Below, one piece after another: positions 58,876 to 64,000 of a stretch of 64,000 bases of DNA (position 1 is its first letter; every line of letters begins with the position of its first letter). Both the position numbers and the translations under genes were made by a program. Under the pieces are notes generated by a model. The model saw nothing but the letters and a program-made list of their open reading frames with translations, did no database searches and was not told where the DNA came from. The stretch spans positions 1 through 64,000 of IMG/VR virus record IMGVR_UViG_3300012931_000759. One strand, written 5' to 3'.

Positions 58876-58987
58876 AGATTTTCCTTGTTTTAATGCGAAA
58901 CAATTGATAGATTTCGACCCAAAATATCCACACGGCTCCACCCGCATTGCGCGGACAGAGCAATGAAGCCAATACAGGCTTCATCAC

Positions 58988-59125
58988 GCCCCCGTCGACC
59001 AATTGGAAGGTCAACAGTTTATTCAGACTGTCAAATCAGCACATCTGCTTCCGCACTCGGTTCTTTGAACCAATTGTTGAAGCCCACACGCGAAATTAGT
59101 CCAGGTTCGAATCCTGGCGGGGGCA
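58988..59125 (+). ncRNA. tRNA-like RNA with the module in the variable region (family copy B5)
   Basis: GCCCCCG/CGGGGGC; gcttc-cgcacTCG-GTTC/GAAC-CAAT..gaagc-cCACACGC; TTCGAAT. Confidence 0.75.
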
Positions 59126-59223
59126 CGCCGGGGACGACTGAAAACACCAGCCTTGTCCGGAAGGGGACAAGGGGTCATCCCCAATTTATTCCAAACAGCG
59201 GGAAAGACAGCAAGGAACCAGCG

Positions 59224-59538
59224 ATGATCGATTTTGACAATGCCTCGGCGAATCTGGTCGAGTACTTGAGGAGATGCGGTTCCCGCAACGAGGCCAACAT
59301 CTCCATGGACAGGGAAGATCACTACAAACCGATGTACAGGGCGGTGGCTCTGCTGGTTGCCCCAACGCATCCGTTCATCGACGAAATGCTCGGCGGCGAG
59401 AGACCCACAAGAGAACAGGCACTCGCTATTCTTTGGCATGCGCATCCGTATTTCGCGCATGTGCTGGATACGGAACCGGAGTTGTTTGAACAGATGTGGG
59501 AACACCACACCAGTGCGTGGGATTGGGACAAGAAGTAG
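59224..59538 (+). CDS. Hypothetical protein
   Basis: AAGGA RBS. Confidence 0.55.
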   Translation: MIDFDNASANLVEYLRRCGSRNEANISMDREDHYKPMYRAVALLVAPTHPFIDEMLGGERPTREQALAILWHAHPYFAHVLDTEPELFEQMWEHHTSAWDWDKK

Positions 59539-59585
59539 TTCAACTCGGGTCCTTGCGGACCCAAATATGGAAGGAGAATGACAAA

Positions 59586-61481
59586 ATGGTAGCCAGACAG
59601 AATGAAATTGACAGGCAGCGTGTCGAGGCTCTCGGTCCAGCCGAACGAATTATTCAGTCCCTTACAACCTATGTTGACCACGCTGTACATAATCGTCCAG
59701 GTTGTATAGTAGCAGATGGTCGAACCAAGGTTGGCGTGAGGTGGGATCCAGTGACCTGGAAGGAAGAGAACGGTCACAAGGTAGTCTACCGCCTCGATAA
59801 GGTGGGAACCAAGCAGAATAAGGTCAAGATCGGCGTCCTGGATGGCACCAAGGTTATGGATGGCGTTAGGCAGGTAGGCGAGTACCGTAAGCCGGGGATC
59901 TTCCCGGAGGTTGCGATTTGGCTATATCGGCAGATTGCTGAAGTGTACAAGCTGGATAATGAATTCGCAGCTCGTTGGGCATCTTGGGCTTTCACCAAGG
60001 AGCATCGTGATCTGAAGGTCGTGCTTGCGGCTTTCTTGCTTGTACAGAACCGCTGCGGCGAGCCGGTTGTCGAGGATGGTAAGGTTCTATTCCACGACGA
60101 GGACTTCAGGGATGTGGGCGAGGCAATGTGCCTTATTCGCGCCAAGAACGACCTCAACCCGAAACTCCTGCTCAGGATTGGCGACATTTTGAGTTTGCCG
60201 GGAGTTGCGGCGATCAACAGAGAACTCGGGTTTGGCAAGTCGGCTAGAACTCCAGCGAAGGGAAGGTACTACAAGGCGGTCGAGAAGTGGCTCCAGTACC
60301 GCGAAGATAACCCGAAGATGCTTGAAGGTCTCGTGGCAGCCGGTTTTCGCACCTCTGTGATGGAGCTTGCGCGCCGGGTCGGCTACAAGCCATCCACTCC
60401 AAAGTTTTTCGAGGTTTTGCGGTGGAAGCAGGTACAGGCTAAGGACGGCAGGCGTGAGTTGGCTATCGGAACCGAAGTCAAGAAGGCTGAGACTTGGAAG
60501 GGTCTTTCGGAGAAGAAAATCTGCGAGCGCATTGTAGCGACGAAGCCAAATTACAAGCGCATTGTTGGTTTACTTCCTTCGGAGGTTGGTCTAACCAGAG
60601 CTGTTATGATGGCAGCTATCGAGGCCGGATCGGTGTCGGACGCCGACCTGATCATTCTCACGCCGACGCTTGAGGAGTTAGGTCTCCTGACGGTGAAGGA
60701 AGTCTCCGAGCGTTGGAAGAAGGCGACCTCGGTGGCCGAGAATCAAAGGGCGGCGAACATCGCCAGGCGAGTGAAATCACAGGCGACCAAGGAGGCTCTC
60801 GCAGATGCGGCCGACAGCGTGGCGAAGAAGGCCATGGAAGAGGTCACAAAGGATCTGAGGATCTACGCGATTGTCGACAGGTCTGGCTCTATGCAGAGTG
60901 CGATCGACCGGGCCAAGGAGTACCTTGCCAAGCTGCTTGTGGGGTTTCCATTCGATAGGTTACATGTCAGCGTGTTCAATACTGTGGGTAGCGAGGTAGT
61001 GATTAAGCACCCGTCGGCCAAGGGCGTCGAGGCGGCCTTCAGGGGCTATTTTGCGGGTGGTGGCACGAGCTATGCCGAGGGTGTTAAGGCACTAGCTAAG
61101 CGCCGTCCGAAGGATGGTGAGGACGCCATCATGATCTTCGTCGGCGACCAGCTCGACTACGGTACACCGCAGCTGGTGGCGGCTGTCCAGGCCTCGGGTC
61201 TTAGGCCGGTGGCTTTCGGACTCCTAGAAGTCATAAGCCAGCAGTACGGGCGCGGCTCGATCGTCAGGGATGCCGCGCGGCAGCTGAATATTCCGTGCTT
61301 TGACATCGAAGAGTCAATCTTCGCTGACCCGTACGCCGTGACCAGGGTGCTCCGCAATCTGATCGCGAACACGCCGGTCGTGGCCGAGGCCCGCAGGGCC
61401 GTTGCCAGACAGACGCTGGTCGAAGAGATCCTCAAAACTCCGCTTTTACAGCTGCCTTTGTTTGCGCGATGCGGCAAATAA
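59586..61481 (+). CDS. VWA (MIDAS) domain protein with large N-terminal helical region; candidate divergent Ro60/TROVE
   Basis: IVDRSGSM, GGGTSY, FVGD; AAGGAG RBS; 631 aa. The VWA call is well supported; the Ro60 call is inference. Confidence 0.75.
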   Translation: MVARQNEIDRQRVEALGPAERIIQSLTTYVDHAVHNRPGCIVADGRTKVGVRWDPVTWKEENGHKVVYRLDKVGTKQNKVKIGVLDGTKVMDGVRQVGEYRKPGIFPEVAIWLYRQIAEVYKLDNEFAARWASWAFTKEHRDLKVVLAAFLLVQNRCGEPVVEDGKVLFHDEDFRDVGEAMCLIRAKNDLNPKLLLRIGDILSLPGVAAINRELGFGKSARTPAKGRYYKAVEKWLQYREDNPKMLEGLVAAGFRTSVMELARRVGYKPSTPKFFEVLRWKQVQAKDGRRELAIGTEVKKAETWKGLSEKKICERIVATKPNYKRIVGLLPSEVGLTRAVMMAAIEAGSVSDADLIILTPTLEELGLLTVKEVSERWKKATSVAENQRAANIARRVKSQATKEALADAADSVAKKAMEEVTKDLRIYAIVDRSGSMQSAIDRAKEYLAKLLVGFPFDRLHVSVFNTVGSEVVIKHPSAKGVEAAFRGYFAGGGTSYAEGVKALAKRRPKDGEDAIMIFVGDQLDYGTPQLVAAVQASGLRPVAFGLLEVISQQYGRGSIVRDAARQLNIPCFDIEESIFADPYAVTRVLRNLIANTPVVAEARRAVARQTLVEEILKTPLLQLPLFARCGK

Positions 61482-61718
61482 ATGAGCACAGCCATCCGGC
61501 TCGAGGCCACCGTGACTCCGAAGTCCTCCAAAGGCAGGATCGAGAGGCTTGAGGATGGCACACTGAAGATCTTCGTCCAGGCTCCAGCTGTCAATGGCCG
61601 GGCCAACGAGGCCGCTATAAGGCTTGTTGCCAAGTGGCTGCGTGTGCCTCCTCGTGCCGTGTCGATCATCGTGGGGCACCGTAACCGTAGGAAAGTGTTC
61701 CAGATCGAAGTGAATTAG
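61482..61718 (+). CDS. DUF167/YggU-family protein
   Basis: VTPKSS...APAVNGRANEA...V.I..G...R.K. Confidence 0.85.
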   Translation: MSTAIRLEATVTPKSSKGRIERLEDGTLKIFVQAPAVNGRANEAAIRLVAKWLRVPPRAVSIIVGHRNRRKVFQIEVN

Positions 61719-61976
61719 CGACATTGGATGTTGGCTATTAAGTAAACCCGGATCCTGTATTAGTTCAACTGGACAGAACCCGGTATATACTCGTAATTCT
61801 TAGTTTTACTCTAGGATACACGCCAATAGATCATGAGGAGGTGCTTCTAGGCAAACTATTCACAGAACTGAAAAGAGATTTAACAGTAATCAAACATGTA
61901 ACTGGATACTACAGGAATTGTATAATTCCAATAGCGTATGAACTTGTAGTATCCAAGAAGTAAGGAGACAACAAAA

Positions 61977-62147
61977 ATGTCACGTAGAATGGCAGAATTA
62001 GAAAAACATACCTATGGAGAATCAACTGAAGAGCGCGAACGAATTGATAGAGTGAACAGAGAAGCAGAAAAGATTAACGAAGAACGCGAAAACCTGAATC
62101 GCGAAGATCGTTTCAATAATGGCTACCATTGGCCAGACTTAGATTAA
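61977..62147 (+). CDS. Small charged hypothetical protein (56 aa)
   Basis: TAAGGAG RBS; MSRRMAELEKH... Confidence 0.5.
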   Translation: MSRRMAELEKHTYGESTEERERIDRVNREAEKINEERENLNREDRFNNGYHWPDLD

Positions 62148-62175
62148 AAATGTAAGAAGCAGAAAACAAAACGGT

Positions 62176-62247
62176 CGCGCGATAGCTCAATTGGTAGAGC
62201 AAGCCCTTGACCGGGCGGGATCCGGGTTTCGAGGCTCGGTCGCGCAC
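62176..62247 (+). tRNA. Degenerate tRNA (anticodon ambiguous)
   Basis: GCGCGA/TCGCGC stem and canonical TAGCTCAATTGGTAGAGC D arm; 6-nt anticodon loop, 8-nt T loop. Confidence 0.5.
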
Positions 62248-62260
62248 TAGGAGAAAGACA

Positions 62261-63241
62261 ATGGGTTGGCAGGACCTGCTCGCATCGGACGACGACAAGA
62301 AGACGCTTCCGTGGACGGGCGGCAGGCAGATCCACGATAGGGAGCGCACCTGGACGATCGAGGGGAGGCTCCCGGACGAGCACGGCTGGTACTCGTTCCG
62401 CGTGTCTGGCGGTCGCAAGGCCGAGCTGGAGGGTCCTATGGACCCCGATTCCGATTTCGAGAACGGCCACAAGCTCGCCAAGGGGTACCTGGTGGGAGAC
62501 CGGCTGATCCAGGACGACGCGAGGGTCGATCCCGACCCGGTCAGGCTGGTCGACCAGACGACGCCCGTGTTTCTGGTGGAGCCGGGTCTAGATCGGTTCG
62601 TGAGGGCGGTGGTAGCTAGGACAAGAGGCGGTCTAGTGTATATCAGACAGGAGTTCCCGCAGGGTTCCGAGGCGGCCGTTCAGATGGCCTACCAGGACCG
62701 CAAGGACTCGGTGGTACACGTGGCCGGGGTCACCCCGGCGCTCGACTTGGCGTTCCGCTGGCTCTCCGGCCAGAGGCTGGCGGCCGAGGAGCGCGAACGC
62801 GAGATGGCGCGTATCAGGGCCGAGGAGGAGCGCAAGTGGGCGGAAGCTGAGCGATTTAAGCAGGCGATGAAGGATTCTGGAACCGGAGCAGGCAGAAGGG
62901 CGCTGGCACAGCGCGATTTCAACACAGCTGCCAAGGCGGCTTTGAAACTCACTGGAGCGGAATTACTGGATGCTAGACCGTCATACAACCGACGTGAAAT
63001 GGTAGTTCAGTATCGGTTTCAGAACAGGCGACTTGAGTGTGTGGTTGATAAAGACACACTACGCGTGGTTGACTCTGGTATCTGTTTGACCGACCACCAC
63101 ACTGGCGTGAAAGGTGATATGCGTTTTACGCTTGAATCGCTTCCCACCGTTGTTGGTCAGGCGATACGGGAAAACAAACTTGTGGTGTACCGGCATGTTG
63201 ACGGAGATCGGGATTATGCCGACGACAATTGGGACGATTGA
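62261..63241 (+). CDS. Hypothetical protein
   Basis: AGGAG RBS; 326-aa ORF. Confidence 0.65.
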   Translation: MGWQDLLASDDDKKTLPWTGGRQIHDRERTWTIEGRLPDEHGWYSFRVSGGRKAELEGPMDPDSDFENGHKLAKGYLVGDRLIQDDARVDPDPVRLVDQTTPVFLVEPGLDRFVRAVVARTRGGLVYIRQEFPQGSEAAVQMAYQDRKDSVVHVAGVTPALDLAFRWLSGQRLAAEEREREMARIRAEEERKWAEAERFKQAMKDSGTGAGRRALAQRDFNTAAKAALKLTGAELLDARPSYNRREMVVQYRFQNRRLECVVDKDTLRVVDSGICLTDHHTGVKGDMRFTLESLPTVVGQAIRENKLVVYRHVDGDRDYADDNWDD

Positions 63242-64000
63242 TGTCATTTGTGCGAAAAACTGCCGCCAGAAACAGGCGCACCAATCATATGGTGACGGCG
63301 TTTGGGCGGACTCAATGTATTGCCGCCTGGGTCGAAGAGAGCGGTTTGCCTTATCATACTGTCCGTGTTCGTTTGAAACTAGGCTGGAATACGGAAGATG
63401 CGGTATCATTGCCCGTTGGTGCCAACAGGTTTGGACGCACTGTAATTTTGCCTCTTACTTTTGCGGATCTGGTGTCGGATCCAACAGTATTGAAACAATT
63501 TAGGGCCAGAGAACGAGTACCGCTGTTATGTTCAACTTGTGGGATACCTTTCGATAAGTTGAGAGAAGCGCTGACACCCAGTGATCTGAAGAGAAGCGGC
63601 GTTTTCTGTTCCCGTAGTTGTGCAGGTAAGTTCGGTCGGCAGTCACAACTAGAAACAGTGGACTCGGTCGTTGGTCGACATTGTATTAATTGTGGCATTT
63701 GGAAACCTCTTATTAAATTTGGTGAGAGCCGAGTATGCTATACATGTCGCAACAGCATGCCGAAGGTTCGATATCACGAATATATAAGGCACGATAAACA
63801 TGGTTTTGGTTTAACATTTGATGAATTTATGAAATTCTGGCAACAGCCTTGTTGGTATTGTGGTTGTTCGATTACAACCATTGGCATCGATCGTATAGAT
63901 AATGCCCAAGGCCATGTGATGGGAAACTGTGTTTCCTGCTGTGCTCGATGTAACCGTATGAAAAGTAAATTCTCTCAGGAGGATTTTTTAGATCAATGTC
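63241..64000 (+). CDS. HNH-type endonuclease (3'-truncated by the window end)
   Basis: Open frame to the end; CWYCG...GIDRIDNAQGHVMGNCVSCCARCNRMK. Confidence 0.75.
   Translation, partial: MSFVRKTAARNRRTNHMVTAFGRTQCIAAWVEESGLPYHTVRVRLKLGWNTEDAVSLPVGANRFGRTVILPLTFADLVSDPTVLKQFRARERVPLLCSTCGIPFDKLREALTPSDLKRSGVFCSRSCAGKFGRQSQLETVDSVVGRHCINCGIWKPLIKFGESRVCYTCRNSMPKVRYHEYIRHDKHGFGLTFDEFMKFWQQPCWYCGCSITTIGIDRIDNAQGHVMGNCVSCCARCNRMKSKFSQEDFLDQC

Noticed and set aside
53583-59125. Group I or BHB introns explaining the tRNA inserts
   Set aside because: The inserts are only about 45-70 nt, lack a group I core, lie at varying positions, and the same module also appears as a terminal stem. Not formally excluded without RNA data.
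1-64000. Genome-wide TAG recoding (genetic code 15)
   Set aside because: Conserved proteins (GroEL, ITPase, DinG, PARP) end at TAG at their expected C-termini, and long genes have no internal TAG.
1-64000. Ordinary bacterial chromosome
   Set aside because: Housekeeping genes are isolated from their usual operons (groEL without adjacent groES, infC without rpmI/rplT) amid many short ORFans, phage-type proteins and homing endonucleases on one strand. A megaplasmid or other large element is not excluded.

Overview
This window looks like part of a very large (jumbo/huge) bacteriophage genome; that is an inference from gene content, since no virion structural genes are recognisable. It is GC-rich, densely coding and almost entirely + strand. 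It carries many host-like auxiliary genes: translation (bS21, IF-3, peptide deformylase), chaperones and proteases (GroEL, Hsp20, Lon, AAA+, M50, papain), nucleotide and NAD metabolism (ITPase, dUTPase, 5'-nucleotidase, PncB, NadE), ADP-ribosylation (PARP, macrodomain), DNA and RNA repair (ATP-dependent DNA ligase, DinG, two HhH glycosylases, Rnl1-like RNA ligase, AAA_33 kinase, Thg1, RlaP-like nucleotidyltransferase), a PRTRC-type ubiquitin-like cassette and several free-standing endonucleases. The most striking signal is at 53.5-59.2 kb. Seven tRNA-like ncRNAs there share one conserved non-tRNA module (stem-CAWW-stem-YACAMGC ... TCG-stem), grafted onto tRNA bodies in circularly permuted topologies. 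They lie next to a 631-aa protein with a C-terminal VWA (MIDAS) domain, suggesting a Ro60/Y-RNA-like ribonucleoprotein system with an unusual RNA architecture. The same cluster contains ordinary tRNAs, a tRNA with a second acceptor/T-arm minihelix nested in its anticodon loop, and further unassigned structured RNAs. Several genes carry single-base frameshifts at short homopolymers, probably sequencing errors. All family calls are from motif recognition by eye, not database searches.
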